A stretch of 64,000 bases of DNA from Gammaproteobacteria bacterium. Lineage in GTDB: Bacteria > Pseudomonadota > Gammaproteobacteria > GRL18. The DNA is taken from positions 2,986 through 66,985 of the forward strand of contig JADGEK010000012.1 in NCBI GenBank assembly GCA_016744395.1, read 5' to 3'. The translations under genes were made by a program, and so were the position numbers. Under the pieces are notes generated by a model. It made no database searches. It was not told the origin of the DNA and worked only from the letters and a program-made list of their open reading frames with translations. This document shows positions 20,501 through 29,277 of this stretch, piece by piece; position 1 is the stretch's first letter; every line of letters begins with the position of its first letter.

Positions 20501-20647
20501 ATACCAGCAGCAGCTTCAATGGGATATGGAATCTTGTTTGCTACAGTGATCACTCTTATTCTAGTGCCCTCTTTGTTAAAAATTCAAGATGATTTTATAT
20601 CTTTGTTTGCGATCTCTACACCGAAACAATTGGAAGCCGTATCATGA
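17507..20647 (+). CDS. RND efflux permease (AcrB/AcrD/AcrF family)
   Basis: 1046 aa; GIVVDDAVVVGE, GVVVNDSL, RLRAVLLTSVTT. Confidence 0.93.
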   Translation: MMAENPQSGIISWFASNPVSANLLMLVVICLGLLSFNNLRKEAFPPMEPDSITVSVTYESGDAKRAEEGITIKIEEALETVSGIKRITSTSTATGSQVSIEKNSDYNLDTLLTDVKNNVDSIYNLPLNAENPVIEKERHQNHALWLQLYGEADRESLQQLAEKLKIDLLAKSWISELKIKGKAQPMISIEVNEGLLQSYDLTITEIATAIKNESSTSLTTSLRNDNKTLRLKVAEQAYHSGDFSRIPIIKQSDGSLITLADVAKVTETFEDDPQILSRYNKQNAIAIELYSDEYGDITKIVEQAHDVMQNWHDRNLLPKNVMLESWEDQSFLITDRLSLLTSNALSGIALVFIILALFLNLRVALWVAAGLPFVFFGALFFMTDNFANLTINEMTTFGFILALGIVVDDAVVVGESIYSTRRLEGDTLESTIKGTLNVATPTLFGVLTTMAAFISLANLSGMMGHVYSQFATIITICLLLSIIESKLILPAHMAHLNTHRKQTVWWRNPWQFIQSHCDMSLQWFNQNIYRYVIEYALRFRYAVVLFFIALLILVLGMPNTGAVRVVFFPEILGSVVSVNMTMQNDASFGQTRINLNQLEDLAILADKQLMMSREQTGSNITSLQLLSEDDFSGKITIELSPESTYNVVEFEKKWQALAGTPEGVKKLKFMASFGMMDNFKVELKSLNESTVKAAGEQFKSMLKQTAGVSGIDDNLNPGQPQLRFELTEQGFAMEMDTASLARQVLQMFGGEIVQRYQRDQDEIRVRVRYPEEARQTLADVQKAHVRTPSGQVVPLTSVAKVMFNFQQDEVTRINAQRAVYLTAVVDKSIIAPQELVQYLQRELVPELMAQYPDLTIHFAGEAEEQMETTSSMIELFIVALLAIYVLLAVPLKSYIQPFLIMTAIPFGVVGAILGHWFNDLALSILSLNGILALSGVVVNDSLLLVSRFNQLRKQDISIHDAIVETCMGRLRAVLLTSVTTFAGLAPLLSETSMQAQFLIPAAASMGYGILFATVITLILVPSLLKIQDDFISLFAISTPKQLEAVS

Positions 20648-21321
20648 CTTTAAATGTCTTAGTGGTCGAAGATAATCTGGATCTGGCAGCAGCCATTATT
20701 GACTATCTTGAAACCGAAAACATTGCCAGTGATCATTCTTCCAATGGCGTTTCTGGGCTTGCACAGATAAAGACTAATGATTATCAGGTCATTATTTTAG
20801 ATTTAAATATACCACGGATGGATGGTTTAAGTGTCTGCGAAAATATGCGTCAACAAGGTATTGATACACCAGTTTTGATGTTGACAGCACGCGATAGTTT
20901 AGCCGATAAAATTGCAGGTTTTGATGCTGGTACAGATGATTATCTGGTCAAACCATTTGCAATGAAAGAGCTTGTAATACGAGTAAAAGCTTTGGGGAAG
21001 CGACGTAGTGGACAAATTACTTTTTTACAAGTTGAGGATTTGACGCTTGACTTAAAGCAAAAAAAAGCTTTCCGCATGGAACAGCCTTTAAAATTAACCC
21101 CTATTGCCCTAAAACTGTTAGAGGTTTTAATGAGGGCCAGTCCCAATCCAGTCAGCAGAAATGAATTAATTAATGAGGTTTGGGGTGATGATGGACCTGA
21201 TAGTAATAGCCTTAAAGTACATATTTATAATTTAAGGCGACAAATAGATGGACAGTATTCAAACAGCTCTCCCCTACTAAAAACAATTACAGGTTATGGT
21301 TTTTCTCTCAAAAAGCCATAG
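20644..21321 (+). CDS. OmpR-family response regulator (ColR/QseB-like)
   Basis: VVED, ILDLNIP.MDG, MLTARD, DDYLVKPF, SLKVHIYNLR, GYG. Confidence 0.92.
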   Translation: MTLNVLVVEDNLDLAAAIIDYLETENIASDHSSNGVSGLAQIKTNDYQVIILDLNIPRMDGLSVCENMRQQGIDTPVLMLTARDSLADKIAGFDAGTDDYLVKPFAMKELVIRVKALGKRRSGQITFLQVEDLTLDLKQKKAFRMEQPLKLTPIALKLLEVLMRASPNPVSRNELINEVWGDDGPDSNSLKVHIYNLRRQIDGQYSNSSPLLKTITGYGFSLKKP

Positions 21322-21337
21322 TGTTTAAGAGAATATA

Positions 21338-22603
21338 ATGAAAATAAGAATCAGTTTAAAACTGTATTTTTTAAGTGCTATGCTCATGCTTGGTATTATT
21401 ATAGTGACCAGTTCTTCTGTTTTAATGATGAATTATTTTGTTCAAGGCTTAGATACTGTCCTACAAGTTAATATGAGAAATGCCGCTGAAAAAACTGTGG
21501 CAAAAGATGGTAGTCCTGCAACGATACTTAACTATCATGTGGCTACGCGATGGCTGGATGTTCCTGATGTAATAAAACAAAATATCCCAAAGCCACCCGA
21601 ACTATCACCTGGTTTTATTAAAGTAATCGATGGTAGTAACTGGTTTGAACCGCCTGATTCAGGATATTTTGTATTAAGGGTTAAAGGGAAACAAGGACAA
21701 GAATTTTATGTTTCACACTTATTTGAGAAACATGAAGAACCTAAAATTGAGAATAAAGGACTGCCCCCATCTTTGACAATTATCATTGTTGGAATGATTA
21801 CTATTTGTTTGATTTTTGTGCTTTTAGTTTTAATGATCCGTTCGGTAGCATCTCCCGTTGAAAAATTAGGTGATTGGGCGAAAAACCTGAATGCAGATAA
21901 ACTGAACAATTCACCTCCTGATTTCCAATATAATGAATTGAATAAGCTTGCTCTGATTATAAAAAGTAGTTTACATTCCGTACAAAAAGCATTGCAACGA
22001 GAACATGATTTCCTTCGCCATGCCAGCCATGAATTACGTACACCAATAACTGTTTTGAGAGGTAATATTGATTTATTAAAAAAAATTAAGTCGTGTTCAA
22101 CCAGTAAAGAAATTACCATTATTGAGCGTATAGAGCGAGCTTGCTTCACTATGGGTGATCTGACTGAAACTTTATTATGGTTAAGCCGTGAAAATGAAAC
22201 ACCACCATTTAAGGAAAGCATTGCTTTGGATATACTACTAAAAGAATTAGTCGATGAATTAAAATATTTGCTACAAGGAAAAGAAGTTGAAATTGTAATT
22301 AATTCTAAGCCTTATCAAATTGAAGCCCCTAGGTCTGCTTGTCGAATGGTGCTCAACAATTTAATCAGAAATGCCTTTGAGCATACACAAACAGGTACTA
22401 TCTTTATTGAGCAATTTAATGCTCACATATTAATAAATAATCGTAACACCAATATTAAAGAAAAAAAAGAGGAACTTGGATTTGGTCTGGGTTTAAAACT
22501 GACAAAAAAACTGAGTCGGCGATTTGACTGGTCTTATTTAAGTGAACCCACTGAATTTGGACATAATGTTAAAGTGAATTTTGCTCCTAAGTCAAAAAAT
22601 TAA
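21338..22603 (+). CDS. Sensor histidine kinase
   Basis: Two TM segments, ASHELRTP, NLIRNAF, GFGLGL. Confidence 0.9.
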   Translation: MKIRISLKLYFLSAMLMLGIIIVTSSSVLMMNYFVQGLDTVLQVNMRNAAEKTVAKDGSPATILNYHVATRWLDVPDVIKQNIPKPPELSPGFIKVIDGSNWFEPPDSGYFVLRVKGKQGQEFYVSHLFEKHEEPKIENKGLPPSLTIIIVGMITICLIFVLLVLMIRSVASPVEKLGDWAKNLNADKLNNSPPDFQYNELNKLALIIKSSLHSVQKALQREHDFLRHASHELRTPITVLRGNIDLLKKIKSCSTSKEITIIERIERACFTMGDLTETLLWLSRENETPPFKESIALDILLKELVDELKYLLQGKEVEIVINSKPYQIEAPRSACRMVLNNLIRNAFEHTQTGTIFIEQFNAHILINNRNTNIKEKKEELGFGLGLKLTKKLSRRFDWSYLSEPTEFGHNVKVNFAPKSKN

Positions 22604-22661
22604 TGGAATCTATGTGCAGATTCAAATTTGTATTATTTTTCAAGGTTAAGCAACATAAATT

Positions 22662-22696
22662 AAAATAAGAGTACCACAAAAGAATACTCTTATTTT
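22662..22696. terminator. Bidirectional terminator-like hairpin
   Basis: AAAATAAGAGTA, 11-nt loop, TACTCTTATTTT between convergent genes. Confidence 0.55.
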
Positions 22697-22703
22697 GTTT
22701 GTA

Positions 22704-23399
22704 TTACGCTTGTAACTTTAAAATACTGCTGATTTCCTCATTGTTTGTTTGATATTGTTGAAGCATAGCCTGGACCAGCTTTGATATTTGATCACTGCTA
22801 CTTGCTGTCGTATCTTGCCCGTCATCCTCTTCTTGAGTTTTAGAATGATGATTATCCATAGCTGCCTGTAACTCTTCCTGTGTTACCTTGCCATCTCCGT
22901 CTGCATCAGCATCATTGAATAAACTACTGATTCGTGAACTATCTTCATTTTCACCAGGGTGTTTCAAAGCTTCCGTGAACTCTGAAAGATCTAAACTACC
23001 ATCTTCATCAGTATCACTAGAAGAAATGAGCTCTTCAGCATTTTGACCTTCACCATTTGCTGGTGGAGGAGGCGGTGGTGGCATGTTATTGCCCATACCT
23101 TGTTGTTGCATCTGTTGAATTAATAGATCACTGATAGCAATACTTGCCTCTTCAGTTGTGACTGAGCCATCGCCGTCTGAATCCATTTGTGAAAATAAAC
23201 CATCAATACTTTCAGAATCTGAGCTTTCACTCGTTTCGAACAAACTGGTAAATTCTGATTTACTGATAATACCATCACTATCGGCATCAGCTTTAGCTAA
23301 TAGTTTTTCTGAAATTTTATCAGGTTCAGGTGACGTTCGCTGTCGCATTCCTGACATCATTGATGCTGAATATCCGCTTGTTCCAATACTATCAATCAT
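22704..23399 (-). CDS. Four-EF-hand calcium-binding protein (XopAW-like architecture)
   Basis: Canonical loops DADSDGIISKSE, DSDGDGSVTTEE, DTDEDGSLDLSE and DADGDGKVTQEE; Gln/Pro7 linker; no Sec signal peptide. Confidence 0.88.
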   Translation of the reverse strand: MIDSIGTSGYSASMMSGMRQRTSPEPDKISEKLLAKADADSDGIISKSEFTSLFETSESSDSESIDGLFSQMDSDGDGSVTTEEASIAISDLLIQQMQQQGMGNNMPPPPPPPANGEGQNAEELISSSDTDEDGSLDLSEFTEALKHPGENEDSSRISSLFNDADADGDGKVTQEELQAAMDNHHSKTQEEDDGQDTTASSSDQISKLVQAMLQQYQTNNEEISSILKLQA

Positions 23400-23471
23400 A
23401 GTATTTACTCCTTTAATAATTCTGTTGATGTAAGATAAACAAATATGTCATTGTGTATTTCTAATCATGAT

Positions 23472-23506
23472 TCATTGCCATGTAGCGGCAAATCATTGCC
23501 ATGTAG
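23472..23506. repeat. 21-bp-period direct repeat TCATTGCCATGTAG x2
   Basis: Exact 14-mer at 23472 and 23493, with a partial third copy (tcatgccat) at about 23517. Confidence 0.8.
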
Positions 23507-23613
23507 TGTAAATCAGTCATGCCATTTATTTTTTGTTTTATGAAAATAGCCCGCAGTATAATAATCCTTAACTCAGTCTTTTATGAAAGTTGTCATAAAA
23601 AATGTTCACTTTA

Positions 23614-23656
23614 ACTTTAGTTTTAAAATGTGCAGGAAATATGAAGGAATTGTGGA
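23614..23656 (-). promoter_or_regulatory. Island promoter 1 (EF-hand gene)
   Basis: Minus strand: TCCACA-attcc-TTCATA-tttcc-TGCACA-ttttaaaac-TAAAGT. Confidence 0.75.
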
Positions 23657-23737
23657 TTTTAGGGGTGAATTTCTTATTTTCATGTAAAAAAAGGGTATTA
23701 TGAGTAATATCCAATTTAATTAATTATCAGAAAAAAA

Positions 23738-25204
23738 ATGAATTTTAAAATCTGGCACAAATTGGCACTTCTATTAATCATAGTTACCACATTAACTGTG
23801 ATAATAGGAATTGGCCTGTCTCAATTAAGCTTTAAAAGTGGGTTTAAAGATTATCTAAACAAACAAGAGCAACGTCATTTAACCAATCTCAGTAACAATT
23901 TATTGACTGCTTATGAAAAGAATTTTGGTTGGGAGTTCATCCGTGATAATAATCGCTTATGGTTTTTTTATTTACGCCCTAAGCCCCCACAATTTAATAC
24001 AGGTATTGATAAACATTGGGGAGAATTACCAAAAGATGATTTAAAATTCACTGATAGTATGCGAATGCCTCCTCCTCCCCCTCCTCCACATTTCCCTCCA
24101 CGTGGGGATGGTTTTGACTTTAAAAATAAATTTCCTAAAATTGCTTTATTAGATACCGATAAACAACTTATTGTCGGAGAGTTATCCGACAAAGATAATT
24201 CTGAATATTATCCTCTAAAAAGCAAGGGAGGAATTGTTGCCTATATTCAAAAAGAAAGATTTACAGGATTTACTGACCATTTGGATAAAATGTTTGCAGC
24301 AAAACAAAGTAATGCTTTTCTTCTTAACAGCTTTATTTCTCTTATCTTGTCGATAATCATTGCTTTAATTATTTCAGTTTATTTTCGAAAACGAATCAAT
24401 GCCTTGACACAAATTGCTCAACAACTAACATCAGGAGAATACAAACAACGGATCTCCATCAACCAAAAAGATGAATTAGGACAATTAGGAATACACTTCA
24501 ATACATTGGCAGAAACTTTACAAAAAAATCAACAATCACAACAACAGTGGATTGCTGATATTTCCCATGAACTCCGCACGCCTATAGCGATATTAAAAGG
24601 TGAACTTGAAGCAATCGATGATGGGATTCATCCTTTAAACAAGCATTCAATTAAGTCTCTTTCACAAGAAACAGAACGTTTAAATAAATTAATTGCAGAT
24701 CTCTACCAATTATCAATTTCAGATATGGGTGCTTTAAAATATTTAAAACAGAAATTTATTTTTAACAAGTTAATAGATGAATTATCAGAGTGTTTTTTTA
24801 CGCGCTATTCAAAAAAAGGTATCTCTTTAAGAGTAAATAATTCTATTCCAGATTATTTTGAAATCAATGCAGATAAACAGCGACTCTATCAATTATTAAG
24901 TAATTTATTAGAAAATTCATTACGCTATACCGATCCTGATGGTGAAGTCTTGCTTCATTGCATGGAGAACAAAAAAGAAGTTGTTCTGGTAATAGAAGAT
25001 TCAGCTCCTGGCATTGATAATAATAAAATAACACATATTTTTGATAGACTCTTCCGAGTGGAAAATTCACGTTCACGATCAAATGGCGGGGCAGGTCTGG
25101 GATTAGCTATTGCGAAACAAATAGTGTTAGCTCATCAGGGAAATATTTTTGCAAGCCCTTCTTGTCTTGGTGGAATAAAGATTGCATGTATTATACCAAA
25201 ATAA
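23738..25204 (+). CDS. BaeS-like sensor histidine kinase
   Basis: SF..GF.DYL periplasmic start, Pro7 tract, HAMP (DELGQL), ADISHELRTP, NLLENSLRYT, DSAPG, GGAGLGLAI. Closest to BaeS in my recall, but orthology is not shown. Confidence 0.88.
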   Translation: MNFKIWHKLALLLIIVTTLTVIIGIGLSQLSFKSGFKDYLNKQEQRHLTNLSNNLLTAYEKNFGWEFIRDNNRLWFFYLRPKPPQFNTGIDKHWGELPKDDLKFTDSMRMPPPPPPPHFPPRGDGFDFKNKFPKIALLDTDKQLIVGELSDKDNSEYYPLKSKGGIVAYIQKERFTGFTDHLDKMFAAKQSNAFLLNSFISLILSIIIALIISVYFRKRINALTQIAQQLTSGEYKQRISINQKDELGQLGIHFNTLAETLQKNQQSQQQWIADISHELRTPIAILKGELEAIDDGIHPLNKHSIKSLSQETERLNKLIADLYQLSISDMGALKYLKQKFIFNKLIDELSECFFTRYSKKGISLRVNNSIPDYFEINADKQRLYQLLSNLLENSLRYTDPDGEVLLHCMENKKEVVLVIEDSAPGIDNNKITHIFDRLFRVENSRSRSNGGAGLGLAIAKQIVLAHQGNIFASPSCLGGIKIACIIPK

Positions 25205-25234
25205 AGCAAACTTATACCCAGAAAAATAAAGCTT

Positions 25235-25912
25235 ATGCCAAAACACATTTTAATTGTTGAAGATGAATCCAAAATTGCCAACTTGCTCCAAAGTTATTTT
25301 CAAGCCAGTCAATACCAAACTACAATCTTAGATCATGGAACGCATGTTACTGGCTGGGTTAAATACCATAAGCCTGCAATGATTTTATTAGATTTAATGT
25401 TGCCAGGTAAGGATGGAATCGACATTTGTCGAGAAATTCGACATTTTTCAAATATACCCATTATTATGATCACGGCACGTATCGATGAAATAGATAGGAT
25501 TATTGGTCTTGAGATTGGTGCTGACGATTATATCTGTAAACCTTTTAGTCCACGAGAAGTTGTACTACGGGCAAAAGTAATATTTCGTCGATTAGCTCCC
25601 TTACTTGATTGCAAACAGAGCCAAAAGCTAAAATTATTTCTTGATGAAGAAAAATATATTGCTAATTATAATCAAACAGAATTAGACTTGACTCCTGTAG
25701 AATTCAGACTTCTCACTTTTTTTCACAAAAAACCTGGGAAAGTTTTTTCTCGTGAACAGCTCATGAACGCTTTGTATGAAGATCAGCGTATTGTGACCGA
25801 CCGTACTATCGATAGCCATATCAGAAATCTTAGAAAAAAATTACTTCATGCAGGCTGTACAGATGAAATAATTCATTCAGTCTATGGTGTTGGTTATAAA
25901 TATGAATTATGA
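25235..25912 (+). CDS. BaeR-like response regulator
   Basis: IVEDE, LLDLMLPGKDG, GADDYICKPFSPREVV, DRTIDSHIRNLRKK, IHSVYGVGY (BaeR-type signature). Confidence 0.9.
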   Translation: MPKHILIVEDESKIANLLQSYFQASQYQTTILDHGTHVTGWVKYHKPAMILLDLMLPGKDGIDICREIRHFSNIPIIMITARIDEIDRIIGLEIGADDYICKPFSPREVVLRAKVIFRRLAPLLDCKQSQKLKLFLDEEKYIANYNQTELDLTPVEFRLLTFFHKKPGKVFSREQLMNALYEDQRIVTDRTIDSHIRNLRKKLLHAGCTDEIIHSVYGVGYKYEL

Positions 25913-25961
25913 GGCTCTATAGCAACCATTAATTCTGTACACTAAACATCTCCTTTATTTT

Positions 25962-26004
25962 TGCACATTTTATTCATACTCTCTGCATATTTTAAGCGTA
26001 AAAT
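25962..26004 (+). promoter_or_regulatory. Island promoter 2 (fliDST)
   Basis: TGCACA-tttta-TTCATA-ctctc-TGCATA-ttttaagcg-TAAAAT. Confidence 0.75.
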
Positions 26005-26044
26005 TTTTTACGTATGATAAATAAGATTCATTGGGGAGAATAAA

Positions 26045-27358
26045 ATGGCAAGTCTGACTCTTGGTGGAGTGAACTTGGATGTACAAGGACTCGTTTCTCA
26101 ATTAATGGAGGTTGAGAGTGTTCCCCTTGAGCGTCTTCAAGAAAAAGCGAGTGAGTACGAATCTAAACTAAGTGCTATGGGACGTTTAAAAAGTGCTCTA
26201 TCTGCTTTTCAAACATCAATGGGGAGTCTTGGGTCTCTTGATCAATTTGAAACATATAAAGTATCCACTTCTGAATCATCATCCGATCAAAGTTTTACTG
26301 CCACTGTAGATAGTGATGCAACAGCTGGTGCCTTTTCCATTGAAGTTGAGAACTTAGCAAGAGCTAATAAGTTTGGTTCTACTACAGCTTTTGCTAGTAG
26401 TGATACTGCGATTACAACATCCTCGTCCAGTTTAGATGTCAGTGTCGGTAGTGATTCATTTTCCATTGATATTAAAGATCAATCACTTGAACAAATTCGA
26501 GATGCCATCAATAGTGCCGCAGAATCAGGAGATGTCGGTGTTTCAGCATCAATTATTCAGGAGGATTCCAATTCTTTTCAACTGGTATTAACCGCATCAG
26601 AAACTGGTCTTGACAATAAAATTGTGGTGTCAGGCACAGCTGCAACAACTCTTGATTTAAGTGAAAAACAAACAGCACTGGATGCAACTGTTCTGGTCGA
26701 TAATAGCTACACGATAAGTAGTGCATCAAATACTATTGATGATGCAATTTCAGGCATTTCTCTTAATTTGCTCAAGGAAAGTACAGATACAGTTGACTTA
26801 AAGATAGAAAGAGACATTGATGCAGTTGAAGAATCTATAGGGAATTTTGTGAGTGCTTTTAACACATTGAATAGTACGATTAAAGCATTAAAGGAAAGTG
26901 GTTTAGAAAATGATAGTATCACAAACAGTATCTTAACAAATATAAAAAGTGAATTTAATAGTAGTGCTGGATTGACTGGTTCATTTAATTATCTTGCAGA
27001 AATAGGTATAACCTCAAATGCCGAAACTGGCGATTTGGAGCTTGACAGTGATAAGTTGGAAACTGCAGTCGCTCTTGATTATGAAGCAATTGCTCAATTA
27101 TTTGCTAATGACAACAAGGGCATTGCATTTCGTCTGGAACAAGAAATGGATGAATACTTGAGCTACGATGGCCTGATAGAATCTCGTGAAGAAGGCCTAA
27201 ATTCAAGAATTAGATATAATGAAGATTCTCAATTAAGGATGGAATATCGGCTGGAAAAAATTGAAGCACAATATCTAAAAAAATTCAGTGCACTAGACTC
27301 TCTTATTTCAGAATCAAATTCAACGAGTTCATATTTAACCCAGCAATTAGAGAGTTAG
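26045..27358 (+). CDS. fliD: Flagellar filament cap protein
   Basis: LDVQGLVSQLM.VE..PL N-terminus, LVLTASETG, SNTI.DAISG, LAEIGI, C-terminal Y..KFSALD...S.YL.QQL. Confidence 0.92.
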   Translation: MASLTLGGVNLDVQGLVSQLMEVESVPLERLQEKASEYESKLSAMGRLKSALSAFQTSMGSLGSLDQFETYKVSTSESSSDQSFTATVDSDATAGAFSIEVENLARANKFGSTTAFASSDTAITTSSSSLDVSVGSDSFSIDIKDQSLEQIRDAINSAAESGDVGVSASIIQEDSNSFQLVLTASETGLDNKIVVSGTAATTLDLSEKQTALDATVLVDNSYTISSASNTIDDAISGISLNLLKESTDTVDLKIERDIDAVEESIGNFVSAFNTLNSTIKALKESGLENDSITNSILTNIKSEFNSSAGLTGSFNYLAEIGITSNAETGDLELDSDKLETAVALDYEAIAQLFANDNKGIAFRLEQEMDEYLSYDGLIESREEGLNSRIRYNEDSQLRMEYRLEKIEAQYLKKFSALDSLISESNSTSSYLTQQLES

Positions 27359-27367
27359 AAATATTTC

Positions 27368-27826
27368 ATGAACTATGACAATAAAGATTTAGTAATAAAG
27401 AAATATACAAAAGAAAGCAATCAAAGTACTGCTGCTTTTGCCAACCCTCACCAATTGATTCAAATGCTGATGCAAGGGGCATTAGAAAAAATAGCGATTG
27501 CCAAAGGATTTATGAAAAATGGTAATATTGCAAAAAAAGGTGAATATATCTCATGGGCTATTTCTATTATTGAAGGCTTGAGAGTCAGCCTGGATCATAG
27601 CCTGGAAGGAAGAATTTCAGAAAATTTGGAATCTTTGTATCTTTATATGAATAATCGTTTGGCTCTGGCTAATTTGAATAATTCACAAGAAATGTTGGAT
27701 GAGGTCACAGGCTTATTGCTTGATATTAAATCCGGTTGGGATAATATTTCCCAGGATGTGATTGATGAGCATGCTAATAGTGTAGCAGGTCTTCGTCCAG
27801 AATCTTTAACAAATACTAAAATTTAA
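27368..27826 (+). CDS. fliS: Flagellin export chaperone
   Basis: ANPHQLIQMLMQGA, SIIEGLR.SLD, NL.SLY.YM..RL, LL.DIKSGW. Confidence 0.93.
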   Translation: MNYDNKDLVIKKYTKESNQSTAAFANPHQLIQMLMQGALEKIAIAKGFMKNGNIAKKGEYISWAISIIEGLRVSLDHSLEGRISENLESLYLYMNNRLALANLNNSQEMLDEVTGLLLDIKSGWDNISQDVIDEHANSVAGLRPESLTNTKI

Positions 27827-27844
27827 TATTAAAGCCCGAACTTT

Positions 27845-28162
27845 ATGAATGCAAATAGAAATTTTGAACTCAATCAATTCCAAAAGATCAGTCAAAAAAT
27901 GCTAACTTTAGCTGAGGCTAATGATTGGGAGAGAATACATGAATTAGAAACTGAACGAAAAAAATTAATACAGTCATTTTTTGAAAAACAGCAAACTTCA
28001 ATCCAGAACTTATCTCATGAGGATTGTCATAAAGTTGAACAGACTATTAAAAATGTGTTATCCATTAATCATAAATTGTCACAATTAGCAGAACAAAAAA
28101 AAGTATCTATCAGCCTAAAGTATAAGATATTAAATAAAAATACAGATTATCGGGTACATTGA
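27845..28162 (+). CDS. fliT: FliT-like chaperone
   Basis: S.KML.LAE..DWE...LE.ER..LI motif; follows fliS. Confidence 0.75.
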   Translation: MNANRNFELNQFQKISQKMLTLAEANDWERIHELETERKKLIQSFFEKQQTSIQNLSHEDCHKVEQTIKNVLSINHKLSQLAEQKKVSISLKYKILNKNTDYRVH

Positions 28163-28269
28163 AATAAGCTCTTATTATGTACATTTTACATCAATAATAT
28201 TTTAATGACATATTGGTTGGATTAGTTTCCAGTCACAGTTTTTTTTATTTGAATAAATAAAAGTATACC

Positions 28270-29226
28270 TCAAAGATAATCAAACAATGAAAGCCCCTGA
28301 ATTTTTGTAAATGCCTGTTGTGAAGCTTGAAGACCAACTTGTTGTTGTTCCAGTCGACTAACTGCTTCCGTATAATCAAGATCTTCTGTATCGGATAACG
28401 TCGATGCCAGTTGTACTAAATAATTACTATTGATGTTTTCCTGATTTTCAGTCGCATTGATTCGTGCACCAATTGCCGCCTGTGAATCGACGACTTGGCC
28501 AAGAGCCTGATCAATATTTTCAATAATACGTGACATAGACTCATGAAAATCTTCAGTTGGACTGGATGATGGGGATCCAGTATTGGTACTCAAAACCGTT
28601 TCTAATTCTTTAACAATCGAAAATATACTCATTGGATAGGTATTACTAGTATCTCCATTATCACTATCACGTATATTCATAAACGTATCAAAGCCATTAT
28701 CACCGCTGGCAATTTGACGAGTGGAACTGACTTGTAAAAGCTGTTGGCCTTGATCCCCCTGATACTCAACAACACCACCATTATTAACAAAGGGAACATT
28801 ACGATTGTCAAATCCACCAAATAAAAATTCACCATTACCATTAGTTGTATTTGAAAAACCGATGATTGCTTCAAAATGTTCCTGAATTTCAAGAGATATT
28901 TCTTCACGTTGAGATGCATCATAGGTATCGTTATTAGCCTGTATACTTAGTTCTCTGACTCTTTGCAATGTATCAACAATACCCTGAAGTGAGGTCTCCT
29001 CTATCTCTAAAGAACTTTTTAGCACATTTATGTTATCCTCAAATTGTTCAGTTCTTGATTTTGCCTGGTTAAGGCCTAGCACTCTTGCAGCTGCTGCTGG
29101 ATCATCAGATGGGGATGTAATACGTTTTCCAGTAGAAAGCTGTAAATAGGTTTCATTAAGCTTGATGCTCTGATTGTTTATAGAAGTCACACCCTGTGAA
29201 TAAACCGTGCTTGTCGCAACTCTCAT
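28270..29226 (-). CDS. flgL: Hook-associated protein 3
   Basis: QLSTGKRI..PSDDP, GEFLFGG, YQGD, EDLDYTEA, C-terminal LSLFDYL. Confidence 0.93.
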   Translation of the reverse strand: MRVATSTVYSQGVTSINNQSIKLNETYLQLSTGKRITSPSDDPAAAARVLGLNQAKSRTEQFEDNINVLKSSLEIEETSLQGIVDTLQRVRELSIQANNDTYDASQREEISLEIQEHFEAIIGFSNTTNGNGEFLFGGFDNRNVPFVNNGGVVEYQGDQGQQLLQVSSTRQIASGDNGFDTFMNIRDSDNGDTSNTYPMSIFSIVKELETVLSTNTGSPSSSPTEDFHESMSRIIENIDQALGQVVDSQAAIGARINATENQENINSNYLVQLASTLSDTEDLDYTEAVSRLEQQQVGLQASQQAFTKIQGLSLFDYL

Positions 29227-29277
29227 AGTTAGTTACCTTGCCTGTCAGTTTTTAGAATAGGGTTCATTTCAATATTG

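Noticed and set aside
22602..22618. Two-unit copy of the island motif on the minus strand (TGCACA-N5-TCCATT)
   Set aside because: It lacks the third repeat and a correctly spaced -10, lies beyond the terminator and points antisense into the kinase gene. Probably chance or a relic.
25920..26044. Sigma28 or sigma54 promoter for fliD (also looked for upstream of flgD)
   Set aside because: No TAAA-N15-GCCGATAA or TGGCAC-N5-TTGC match was found; the triple-repeat promoter explains the region better.
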